Positions 23,399 through 31,680 of a stretch of DNA of 32,000 bases are shown here, one piece after another (position 1 is the stretch's first letter; each line of letters begins with the position of its first letter). The translations under genes and the position numbers were made by a program. This DNA is from an uncultured Candidatus Saccharibacteria bacterium (GTDB lineage Bacteria; Patescibacteriota; UBA1384; XYA2-FULL-43-10; 1-14-0-10-43-13): NCBI GenBank assembly GCA_964543385.1, contig CAZIYE010000001.1:630001-662000 (forward strand), read 5' to 3'. The notes beneath the pieces are model-generated. The model worked only from the letters and a program-made list of their open reading frames with translations, was not told the DNA's origin and did not search any database.

Positions 23399-25651
23399 AT
23401 GTTCACAAAAATTAGAAAAAGAAATGGTAAAATAGTTGAATTCAGCGTCGACAAAATTGCAAAAGCTATTGCAAAAGCTGGTGCATCAACTGGCGAATTC
23501 GATGAAGATGTAGCTAAAAAATTGGCAGAGAAAGTTGCTAATGAGGCACCCGCAAAAGTTCATCGAAAAATCCCAACTGTTGAAGAAATGCAGGACGTTG
23601 TCGAGGATGTATTACTCTCTTCTAAATATAAAAAGACCGCCAAGGGATATATCGTTTATAGAGAAAAACATGCGGAAATGCGCGAACTAGCTGAATCTCA
23701 ACGTGTAGATCTGATGGACCAATATCTAGGCAATCTCGACTGGCAGGTCAAAGAAAATTCAAACATGGCCTACTCATTACAGGGTTTGAACAACTATGTC
23801 GCCTCTGAAATCTCCAAGAGTTATTGGCTTCATAAAGTATATCCTGAAGAGGTTGCACGAGCCAATTCCGAAGGTGATATGCATATTCATGATCTTGATA
23901 AATTGTCCACCTATTGTGTTGGTTGGGATCTCCAGGATCTTCTAAGAGAAGGTTTCAAGGGTGCAGAAGGTAAGATCGAATCTAGCCCAGCAAAACATTT
24001 AAAAACTGCACTAGGTCAATTGGTCAACTTCTTTTATACCCTTCAGGGCGAATCAGCCGGTGCTCAAGCTGTTTCTAGCTTTGATACTCTTATGGCTCCA
24101 TTTATCCGTTATGACAATCTCAGCAAAGAAGAAGTCAAGCAAGCCCTCCAAGAGTTCATGTTCAATATGAATGTCCCTACCAGAGTTGGTTTTCAGACTC
24201 CATTTACAAACGTAACAATGGATTTGGTCTGCCCTTCGACTATTGCAGATGAGCCTGTTATCATCGGCGGTAAACCTCAGAAGGAAACTTACAAAGAGTT
24301 TCAAAAAGAGATGAATATCTTCAATCAAGCATTTACTGAAGTTATCTCTGCTGGTGATGCTCGAGGTCGCGTCTTTACTTTCCCAATCCCAACTTACAAT
24401 ATTACCAAGGATTTTGATTGGAACAATAAAGAAATTGATGGTCTCTGGGAAATGACCGCCAAATATGGTATCCCTTATTTCTCAAACTTTGTGAATTCCG
24501 ATATGAGCCCAGATGATGCTAGAAGTATGTGTTGCAGACTTCGTCTCGACAATAGAGAGCTTCGAAAACGTGGCGGTGGTTTATTTGGCGCAAATCCGCT
24601 CACTGGTTCAGTCGGCGTAGTTACTATTAACTTACCTCGTCTTGGCTATCGTTCACGAGACAAAAGAGAGTTCCTTTTTAATCTTTCCTACGTCATGGAT
24701 CTTGCCAAAGATTCCTTGGAGATGAAGAGAAAAGTTCTAGAGAATATGACTGAGTCAGGACTGTATCCTTATACTAAATTCTATCTTAGAAATATTAAGG
24801 CACGTGACGGCAGATATTGGGGTAATCACTTCTCGACTATTGGGCTTCTTGGTATGAATGAAGCGGCGCTTAACTTGATCGGTCGTGATATTGCTACTGC
24901 TGATGGTCTACAATTCGCCAAAGAGGTTCTCGAGTTCATGAGAGAGCGCATGGCAAAGTATCAGGAAGAGACAGGCAACTACTATAATCTTGAAGCAACC
25001 CCTGCCGAAGGCACCTCATTCCGTTTGGCTCTAAAAGATAAAGAGCGATATCCGGAAATCATGGTTGCTAATGAAAGCTCTTATCGAGAAAACAACGTCC
25101 CACCTTATTATACTAACTCCTCTCATATCCCTGTTGATTACACCGATGACGCCTTCGAACTTTTGGATCTTCAGGACGATCTTCAGACCAAATACACTGG
25201 CGGCACGGTCATACACACCTTTGTCGGCGAGGAAATAAAAGATGTCGAATCAGTCAAAGCTTTCGTCAAAACAGTCTGTCAGAACTACCGCTTACCATAC
25301 TTTACCATCACTCCAACATTTTCGGTCTGCCCACAACATGGCTATATTGCTGGCAAACATATGACTTGCGACAAATGTGGCTCAAAAAACGAAGTGTATT
25401 CCAGAATAGTTGGCTATATTCGCCCAATCCAGCAGTGGAATGCAGGCAAACGCGCTGAGTTTGAAGACAGAAATACTTACAATATCAGCAAGAAAAAGTG
25501 TGTAAAAACCGAAGATGAATTCGAGACAAAGAAGATGCCTTTTGCAGAAACACTCGAATCGACGGTTGAAAAAGCTACTGAAAAAATCAGAAATAAAGTA
25601 TTGGCTACTGCGGAGGTGGGAGTCGAGACTGAACAAGGGGCGCTGGTTTAA
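23399..25651 (+). CDS. nrdD: Anaerobic ribonucleoside-triphosphate reductase (class III RNR)
   Basis: N-terminal ATP-cone. Zn ribbon CPQHG...CDKCG. Glycyl-radical motif RIVGY (Gly672, nt 25412-25414). GGAGG RBS. Confidence 0.95.
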   Translation: MFTKIRKRNGKIVEFSVDKIAKAIAKAGASTGEFDEDVAKKLAEKVANEAPAKVHRKIPTVEEMQDVVEDVLLSSKYKKTAKGYIVYREKHAEMRELAESQRVDLMDQYLGNLDWQVKENSNMAYSLQGLNNYVASEISKSYWLHKVYPEEVARANSEGDMHIHDLDKLSTYCVGWDLQDLLREGFKGAEGKIESSPAKHLKTALGQLVNFFYTLQGESAGAQAVSSFDTLMAPFIRYDNLSKEEVKQALQEFMFNMNVPTRVGFQTPFTNVTMDLVCPSTIADEPVIIGGKPQKETYKEFQKEMNIFNQAFTEVISAGDARGRVFTFPIPTYNITKDFDWNNKEIDGLWEMTAKYGIPYFSNFVNSDMSPDDARSMCCRLRLDNRELRKRGGGLFGANPLTGSVGVVTINLPRLGYRSRDKREFLFNLSYVMDLAKDSLEMKRKVLENMTESGLYPYTKFYLRNIKARDGRYWGNHFSTIGLLGMNEAALNLIGRDIATADGLQFAKEVLEFMRERMAKYQEETGNYYNLEATPAEGTSFRLALKDKERYPEIMVANESSYRENNVPPYYTNSSHIPVDYTDDAFELLDLQDDLQTKYTGGTVIHTFVGEEIKDVESVKAFVKTVCQNYRLPYFTITPTFSVCPQHGYIAGKHMTCDKCGSKNEVYSRIVGYIRPIQQWNAGKRAEFEDRNTYNISKKKCVKTEDEFETKKMPFAETLESTVEKATEKIRNKVLATAEVGVETEQGALV

Positions 25652-25666
25652 TCCCCATTTGATATT

Positions 25667-25715
25667 TCGAACATATTGTTCGAGCGTAAGCGAGAACTGT
25701 CAGCAGTTCTCGCTT
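25667..25715 (+). promoter_or_regulatory. Two intercistronic hairpins between nrdD and nrdG
   Basis: TCGAACA-tat-TGTTCGA (25667-25683) and AAGCGAGAACTG-tcag-CAGTTCTCGCTT (25688-25715, 12-bp stem). No strong T-tract follows. Confidence 0.5.
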
Positions 25716-25735
25716 CGTTTAAACAAAAGGACCAA

Positions 25736-26428
25736 ATGGAAATAGCAGGGATACAAAAACTTACATTAGTAGACTTTCCAGGTCATGTTGCGGCAACGGT
25801 TTTTACTAGAAGTTGTAATTTTCGCTGTGGTTTTTGTCATAATCCGGAGCTTGTCTTGCCAGCACAATATAACGAGCTTCTGTCTGAGCAACAGATAGTT
25901 GATTTCATGATATCGCGCTTTGGCAAATTAAATGGAATATGTATCACCGGAGGAGAACCTACCCTCCAAAAGGACTGTGATAAATTTATTTCCCATATGA
26001 GGGCTCTTGGCTTTGACGTGAAATTAGATACCAACGGCAGCAATCCCAAGATGCTTAAAAAAATTATCAAGGATGGTGATGTAAATTACATTGCTATGGA
26101 TATCAAAGGTCCTTATCAAAAATATAATGAGATTACCTCTTCAAATGACTCGTTGCTCACAGAAAAAGTAAAAGAGAGTATTGAACTCATAATGAATTCA
26201 GGAATAGATTATGAATTCCGCACCACTGTCTGCCATCCTCTCCATGAGGTGAATGATTTTAAAGAAGTGGGAGAGATGATCAAGGGTGCAAAACACTATT
26301 TTATACAACAATTTGTCAAGTCCAAATCAATCAATAGTGAGATGGACTACAAGCCACTTAAAGACTTTGAGGTTGAAGAAATAAAAAACATTATGACACA
26401 ATATGTCAATGAAGTGTCTATTAGATAG
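25736..26428 (+). CDS. nrdG: Anaerobic RNR activating protein (radical SAM)
   Basis: CNFRCGFCHN (CX3CX2C) and GGEPT. Start set to ATG 25736 (AAAGGA upstream). The ORF-track TTG start at 25676 would read through the hairpins. Confidence 0.9.
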   Translation: MEIAGIQKLTLVDFPGHVAATVFTRSCNFRCGFCHNPELVLPAQYNELLSEQQIVDFMISRFGKLNGICITGGEPTLQKDCDKFISHMRALGFDVKLDTNGSNPKMLKKIIKDGDVNYIAMDIKGPYQKYNEITSSNDSLLTEKVKESIELIMNSGIDYEFRTTVCHPLHEVNDFKEVGEMIKGAKHYFIQQFVKSKSINSEMDYKPLKDFEVEEIKNIMTQYVNEVSIR

Positions 26429-26440
26429 AAGAAGGGGTTT

Positions 26441-27376
26441 ATGTTTGAATCATTTGTAAAATCTATTATCATGAAATTTATTCCTGAAGGTCATCTTTTT
26501 GATGCGGTTAGTTTTTTTATTTACGATGTTATCAAAATTTCACTCCTGATGATTATTATCATTTTTATTGTCTCCATTGTCCGTACTTATTTACCACCAG
26601 CTAAAATAAAAAAAATTCTCTCGCACAAAAATTCAATTCTCGGTAATATCTCGGCAAGTTTTCTAGGCATCATTACGCCATTTTGTACTTGTTCGGCTAT
26701 TCCACTATTCCTTGGTTTTCTTGAAGCCGGAGTACCATTAGGCGTGACTTTTTCATTTTTAGTTGCCAGCCCGATGATAAATGAGATCGCAATTGTACTA
26801 TTGCTCGGAACTTTTGGCTGGAAGATTGCCCTTATTTATGTAGTTAGCGGACTCCTGATTGCAATTATTTCCGGCTTGATTATCGGCAAAATGAATGTCG
26901 AGAGTCTCATAAACGAAGATTTCGCGACCAGAAAAATTGCCGATCCAGTAGTTTACAAGAGTTTTAAGGACAGAGCTATCTATGGTAATGATTATGCATT
27001 TAGTATTTATAAGAAAGTGTTACCATATCTGCTGATCGGTATTGCTCTCGGTGCTTTTATGCATGGCTATGTGCCGGCAGATTTCTTATCAAAATATATA
27101 GGAGAAGGGAACTGGTTTGCGGTTCCGCTTGCAGTTTTATTTGGAGTACCACTTTACTCAAATGCAGCTGGAGTAATCCCGCTGATTTCTGTACTGACAG
27201 AAAAAGGTGTGGCAATCGGCACAAGTCTTGCCTTTATGATGGCAGTAGTCGGACTTTCGTTGCCAGAGTTCATGATTTTAAAGAGGATAATGAAACCAAA
27301 ACTAATAATTATTTTTGCCGCTACCGTTGCAACCGGAATTATTTTGACCGGATACCTGTTTAATGCAATCATCTAA
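26441..27376 (+). CDS. COG0701-type predicted permease (ArsP-like family)
   Basis: Polytopic membrane protein with the ITPFCTCSAIPLF motif. 12 nt downstream of nrdG. Confidence 0.75.
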   Translation: MFESFVKSIIMKFIPEGHLFDAVSFFIYDVIKISLLMIIIIFIVSIVRTYLPPAKIKKILSHKNSILGNISASFLGIITPFCTCSAIPLFLGFLEAGVPLGVTFSFLVASPMINEIAIVLLLGTFGWKIALIYVVSGLLIAIISGLIIGKMNVESLINEDFATRKIADPVVYKSFKDRAIYGNDYAFSIYKKVLPYLLIGIALGAFMHGYVPADFLSKYIGEGNWFAVPLAVLFGVPLYSNAAGVIPLISVLTEKGVAIGTSLAFMMAVVGLSLPEFMILKRIMKPKLIIIFAATVATGIILTGYLFNAII

Positions 27377-27383
27377 AAAGCGA

Positions 27384-27423
27384 AAAGGACGCGAGAGCCT
27401 ATGAGGGCAGGTTGCGTCCTTTT
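27384..27423. terminator. Bidirectional terminator hairpin at the left edge of the GC-rich island
   Basis: AAAGGACGC (27384-27392) pairs with GCGTCCTTTT (27414-27423). It lies between convergent genes. Confidence 0.7.
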
Positions 27424-27446
27424 GAAGAGGGGGTATCGTACGAGGA

Positions 27447-27791
27447 TTATTGCACGATACAGAAGGGGAGTTTGCCGATGTGAATCAGCCCATCGACCTC
27501 GGGGAGACCGGTGACTTTGTGATTACACCACCAGACATTCGAGATGGAGCTGGCGCTGGAAATCGTGATAGCACCGACTTTTTCCACGATCTCCATCAGG
27601 TCGATTTCGGTCTCCATCGTGAAGATGGGCAGTTCGGTCAGCTTCGGGTTATTCGTGCAGCTGCCGCCGTGTGGGCAGTACACGATCTGGAGTGGCGTGG
27701 TCTCTTCGGCAAAGGTAGCCGATAAACCGGCGAGGGCTTCGCGAAGGGCATCCGCTGTGGGTTTGCCGCTGAGCAGGTATCTTTTCAGCAT
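27447..27791 (-). CDS. Hypothetical Cys/His-containing protein (114 aa) with high GC3
   Basis: AGGAGA RBS. Third codon positions are predominantly G/C in this frame. C39-x-H41-x3-C45, C89-x-H91, H104 and C111. No family recognised. Confidence 0.7.
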   Translation of the reverse strand: MLKRYLLSGKPTADALREALAGLSATFAEETTPLQIVYCPHGGSCTNNPKLTELPIFTMETEIDLMEIVEKVGAITISSASSISNVWWCNHKVTGLPEVDGLIHIGKLPFCIVQ

Positions 27792-27898
27792 AGTTTTCTC
27801 CTATTTCGGCAGTTGCCAAGATTGGCTTAACTGTTTATAACACAATATTATTAAATTGGCTACCATAATCCTTAATGAATAGTCGCCAGGAAGTGAAA

Positions 27899-28231
27899 TC
27901 ACCGCCTGGCGAATGGAACAACATCGAGATCGATTACTTTCCATTGGGCAATCCAGTCATCCTCATCCTCTGCTGGGATTTGGGCCAATGCGAGCCATTC
28001 GCCAAATGGCTTATTGTTTTCGATCCGTCGGAGTAGGCGGTCGAAGTGGACACCCTTGATCTGCCTGACTGAGACATAAAGCTCGATATATCCAAAGCCG
28101 ATATAATAGTTCCAGATTGTTACATTAAATCGGCGCGTGTTACCTTTGGTGGTTTGGACTGTGATTTTGAGCTTTCTCTCAATGGGCGATTTTGGCAAAC
28201 CAAGAGCATTAAGAATTTCTACTTCTCTCAT
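27899..28231 (-). CDS. Hypothetical protein (110 aa), upstream partner of the 114-aa ORF
   Basis: AAGGGGG RBS. Same strand as the 114-aa ORF, with a 107-nt gap to it. No family recognised. Confidence 0.6.
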   Translation of the reverse strand: MREVEILNALGLPKSPIERKLKITVQTTKGNTRRFNVTIWNYYIGFGYIELYVSVRQIKGVHFDRLLRRIENNKPFGEWLALAQIPAEDEDDWIAQWKVIDLDVVPFARR

Positions 28232-28355
28232 GGTAGGCCCCCTTTAGATAGATAGTACATTTAAATATCTTCAATTCATTATGCTTTATCCTAATTTTGC
28301 AATGAGATGGGAGATATGAAATAATTTTAGTGGCATTAAGTTAACAAGGATTCAT

Positions 28356-28802
28356 ATGACAGACAGGAAAATGGGCATCGGTTTAGGAGTGATGATTTTA
28401 AGCGATAGCAAAGTGTTGCTTGGCCAACGTCATATCGATCCCAGTAAGGCGGATTCAGAATTGCATGGCGAAGGAACCTGGACAATGCCAGGAGGCAAAT
28501 TGGAATTCGGCGAAAGCTTTGAAGATGCCTGTATTCGTGAAACCAGTGAAGAAACAGGACTCATAATTAGAAAAGAAGACCTTAAACTGATTAGTCTGAC
28601 CAATGATATTGTTCCGACAGCCCATTTTGTAACAGTAGGCTTCCTCTGCGAAATTTTTGAGGGCACGCCAAAAGTGATGGAGCCAGATGAGATTACTGAT
28701 TGGAACTGGTTTGACCTAAACAACTTGCCTGCAAAAGTTTTCCCACCAAGCCAAAAAGTATTAGATAATTATATCGCTGGCAAGATCTATAGGACTGAAT
28801 AA
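28356..28802 (+). CDS. Nudix hydrolase with a canonical Nudix box
   Basis: GGKLEFGESFEDACIRETSEETGL matches GX5EX7REUXEEXGU exactly. AAGGA RBS. Confidence 0.9.
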   Translation: MTDRKMGIGLGVMILSDSKVLLGQRHIDPSKADSELHGEGTWTMPGGKLEFGESFEDACIRETSEETGLIIRKEDLKLISLTNDIVPTAHFVTVGFLCEIFEGTPKVMEPDEITDWNWFDLNNLPAKVFPPSQKVLDNYIAGKIYRTE

Positions 28803-28810
28803 AAATAAAA

Positions 28811-28842
28811 GACCGGATCACACTGCAAGAGTGTGTCCGGTC
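28811..28842. terminator. Hairpin between the convergent Nudix gene and the acidic ORF
   Basis: GACCGGATCACAC pairs with GTGTGTCCGGTC, with one bulged base. Confidence 0.6.
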
Positions 28843-28908
28843 ATAAGTAGTCCATTGGGCATTCGCCCAGATGAGAGTCGGTAACTGATTGACATGAGTC
28901 AATCTTGA

Positions 28909-29142
28909 TTAGACGTTTGCGGCCTCGTCGCTGTAGAGCTCCTCGAGACGGCGGACACGCTGCGCTTCGCGTTCGATTTGATCGAGACGGATGAACTCAA
29001 GCCAAGCACGGTCTTCGGCTTCGGTCATTGGTTCGTCGAATTCGTATTTATCGTCTTTCGCCGGAAAGTCGATAAATACGTCGAAGTCAGAGAACCCAGG
29101 GGTGTCACTGTCATTTCCGAATCCATAACCATCGTATTGCAT
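28909..29142 (-). CDS. Hypothetical highly acidic small protein (77 aa)
   Basis: AAGGAG RBS 6 nt upstream. C-ending codons dominate. 22 D/E against 8 K/R, counted by hand. Confidence 0.65.
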   Translation of the reverse strand: MQYDGYGFGNDSDTPGFSDFDVFIDFPAKDDKYEFDEPMTEAEDRAWLEFIRLDQIEREAQRVRRLEELYSDEAANV

Positions 29143-29261
29143 GAGGGTCTCCTTACGGGATTTGGTATGATAAAATTACACTAAAGTGTAGAAAATAGCA
29201 ATAAATTAGGGGCATTATGGAAAATAATATAGATAAGGCAAAAGATTATTTCTTTTAAACG

Positions 29262-29774
29262 ATGGAAGAAGCCAAGGATGATCCGTGGCATTTGGTTGGT
29301 CATGTTCCCGAAGCAGTTAAGTGGACAGAGAAAATTATTTCCAAATATCCCGCAGCCGATAGGGAAGTTGCTTTAATTTCTGTTTGGCTTCACGATTCAG
29401 CTCATTATGAAGGCGATTGGGAAGTTGATCATGCAGTCAAAAGCGAAAATAAGGCAAGAAAATTTCTTCAAGAATTAGGTCCAACTAAAGATAAAATAGA
29501 TAAGATATGTCACTGCATCCGAGCACATCGCTGCAGGGATGTTTTGCCGCAAACCATTGAGGCAAAAATAGTGGCTTGTGCTGATTCGGCTAGCCATATG
29601 ACAGATATTCTCTATATAGATATGATAAAGAACGACAAGACACAATACGCACTCGAGAAATTAGAACGTGATTACCGTGATCTTTCCGCTTTTCCTGACG
29701 TAAAAAATAACCTCGCTCCTGTTTATGAAGCCTGGAAAAGATTAATAATAAGTCTGGCTGATATCAATATCTAA
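29262..29774 (+). CDS. HD-domain metal-dependent phosphohydrolase, 5' end possibly disrupted
   Basis: H...LHD...H...D pattern (GHVPEAV, WLHDSAHY, IRAH, CADSASH). ATG 29262 has no SD. An in-frame 13-codon ORF with an RBS (29217-29258) ends at TAA one codon upstream. Confidence 0.8.
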   Translation: MEEAKDDPWHLVGHVPEAVKWTEKIISKYPAADREVALISVWLHDSAHYEGDWEVDHAVKSENKARKFLQELGPTKDKIDKICHCIRAHRCRDVLPQTIEAKIVACADSASHMTDILYIDMIKNDKTQYALEKLERDYRDLSAFPDVKNNLAPVYEAWKRLIISLADINI

Positions 29775-29793
29775 GAATTTTTGTTGGGGGGAT

Positions 29794-29823
29794 GCCAACC
29801 CAACGGATTACCGGAGGGTTGGC
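29794..29823. terminator. GC-rich hairpin between convergent genes
   Basis: GCCAACCC (29794-29801) pairs with GGGTTGGC (29816-29823). Confidence 0.5.
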
Positions 29824-29831
29824 GTGCGTGC

Positions 29832-30170
29832 TTAGCGCCATGTGAGAATGCTGCTTGATAACTCGCGGTATGATTGTGCAGTGGTGTTTGTCGGTCTACC
29901 GCAGGTTATCACGATCTTTCCTTTGAAGGACTTAAAGATCGCAGTAATCGCTGCCGTGGCGGCAGGGTTGTCGCCAATCTCGCAGAGATGGGCGTTGAGG
30001 ATGATGCGGTCGATCTGCTCATGATTCTCCTCGAGCAGATATAGCGCATCGATTGGGGAGGTGGCAGGCATCAATTCCATGTTATTGCCTTGAATGCTCC
30101 GGTCGTCTCTGATTTCTGATTCATATTCCAGAACCAGAATGGCTTTGTTAGCTTTATTCTTTTCATTCAT
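29832..30170 (-). CDS. Hypothetical stand-alone receiver-like (pseudo-receiver) protein
   Basis: ILVLEYESEIR...ATSPIDALYLLEE...IDRIILNAHL resembles a CheY-like REC domain. The acidic pair reads EY and the phospho-acceptor position appears to be Asn. The assignment is by eye only. Confidence 0.45.
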   Translation of the reverse strand: MNEKNKANKAILVLEYESEIRDDRSIQGNNMELMPATSPIDALYLLEENHEQIDRIILNAHLCEIGDNPAATAAITAIFKSFKGKIVITCGRPTNTTAQSYRELSSSILTWR

Positions 30171-30363
30171 CAGATGGGGGTTCCTTTCAAATGTGATTCT
30201 GCTAACTAGTCGTAGTTTATAAAATCAGATCGATTCAGAGTAGGTAGAAAAACACAAAAATATAGCCAATTTAGTAATTTTTTGTAATTTTTCATAAAAT
30301 AAATATTTTATCGTAATCTCAGTCATTTTTGATCGGTTCTTACTTTTAGGATAGTATTATTAC

Positions 30364-30930
30364 ATGACTTACAAAACACATAAAACGGTAGCGCTTTTGG
30401 CATCATCGGTGTTATTTATCCATGTACATAAAATTGAACTAACTGTCCCAATGATTCTATTGCTAGCTATAATAACGGTCTTGGGATCTAGCGTCCCAGA
30501 TCTAGATACGCCATCTGGCAAAGTTTGGAGTAAAATTCCAGCGGGATCTCTTATCGGCCGCATAATAAACCCTATCTTTATAGGTGGGCATCGTCATCTT
30601 TCTCACTCAATATTGGGTTTTGGCATTTTTATTGCTCTGTTTGGCCTATTAATAAAACTATTACCTCAATATCCTATGCTTAGTAATCTACACTCCGCTG
30701 ATTTAATGCTAGCTTTTTCGGCTGGCTATCTTTCTCATATATTTGCTGACTTGTTTACTGAAGCTGGCGTACCTCTACTCTTTCCAATGGGTTATCACTT
30801 TGGTATTCCACCGGATCCTTTTAAAAGAGTTAGAATAAAAACAGGCAGGTGGTTTGAAAACTTAGTTATTTATCCTGCTGTAAATATTGCATTGATTGTG
30901 ATAATTTATGACTATCTTAAAAATAGGTAG
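30364..30930 (+). CDS. YdjM/DUF457-family membrane-bound metal-dependent hydrolase
   Basis: HKTVALL, PDLDTPSG, HRHLSHS and SHIFADLFT motifs, with TM helices. Confidence 0.75.
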   Translation: MTYKTHKTVALLASSVLFIHVHKIELTVPMILLLAIITVLGSSVPDLDTPSGKVWSKIPAGSLIGRIINPIFIGGHRHLSHSILGFGIFIALFGLLIKLLPQYPMLSNLHSADLMLAFSAGYLSHIFADLFTEAGVPLLFPMGYHFGIPPDPFKRVRIKTGRWFENLVIYPAVNIALIVIIYDYLKNR

Positions 30931-30936
30931 GTAAAT

Positions 30937-31680
30937 ATGATTTGGCTATATTCAATTGTTAGCGTTTGTATTGTTTCTTCCGTTTCTCTGATAGGGATTT
31001 TTGCATTAGTCTTAAACCAAAAATTTTTAAATAAAATACTACTTTTTTTGGTTGCTTTCTCTGCAGGAGGCTTACTTGGAGACGCCTTTATTCATCTTTT
31101 GCCAGAGAGTATAGAGAAAAGTGGTCTAAACCTTTTTGTTGCCCTATCGGTTCTCTCCGGTATTATCATCTTCTTCATACTAGAAAAATTTTTGCGTTGG
31201 CGGCATTGTCATGATGTGAGCTGTAATGGCCATGCGCATCATCTTGGTACTATCAATCTTATTAGTGACGGGGTGCACAATTTTATTGATGGTTTATTGA
31301 TAGGGGCAAGCTTTATGGTTTCAATTCCGCTTGGCGTTACTACAACTCTAGCTGTGGTTTTGCATGAAATACCACAGGAACTTGGTAATTTTAGCGTGTT
31401 ATTGCATTCAGGCTATACCATAAAGAAGGCACTATTTTACAATTTTGTTTCGGCACTTACTGCTATTGTTGGTGTTGTCATTGTTCTTCTGGTAGGGGAA
31501 AGAGTGATGGCATTTAGCGATTTTATGATTCCTTTCACAGTCGGTACATTTATGTATATCTCCCTTTCGGATCTTATTCCTGAATTGCACAAGGAGATGG
31601 GGCGGAAGAAGTCGCTTTTGCAATTAGCGTCATTCGTTTTAGGTATCGGGTTGATGGCGGCTCTCTTGCTCAACGAATAG
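30937..31680 (+). CDS. zupT: ZIP-family divalent metal (zinc) transporter
   Basis: HNFIDGL and HEIPQELGNF signature helices, plus a His-rich loop (HCHDVSCNGHAHH). Confidence 0.88.
   Translation: MIWLYSIVSVCIVSSVSLIGIFALVLNQKFLNKILLFLVAFSAGGLLGDAFIHLLPESIEKSGLNLFVALSVLSGIIIFFILEKFLRWRHCHDVSCNGHAHHLGTINLISDGVHNFIDGLLIGASFMVSIPLGVTTTLAVVLHEIPQELGNFSVLLHSGYTIKKALFYNFVSALTAIVGVVIVLLVGERVMAFSDFMIPFTVGTFMYISLSDLIPELHKEMGRKKSLLQLASFVLGIGLMAALLLNE

Noticed and set aside
25676-25735. N-terminal extension of nrdG from TTG 25676
   Set aside because: It would translate through two intercistronic hairpins. ATG 25736 has AAAGGA upstream and matches the usual NrdG N-terminus (MEIAGIQK...).
27450-27840. Two plus-strand ORFs (27450-27725 and 27544-27840) in the ORF track
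   Set aside because: They are antisense shadows of the 114-aa minus-strand gene. The G/C-rich third-position periodicity and the SD sequence fit the minus frame. Open antisense frames are expected in GC-rich DNA.
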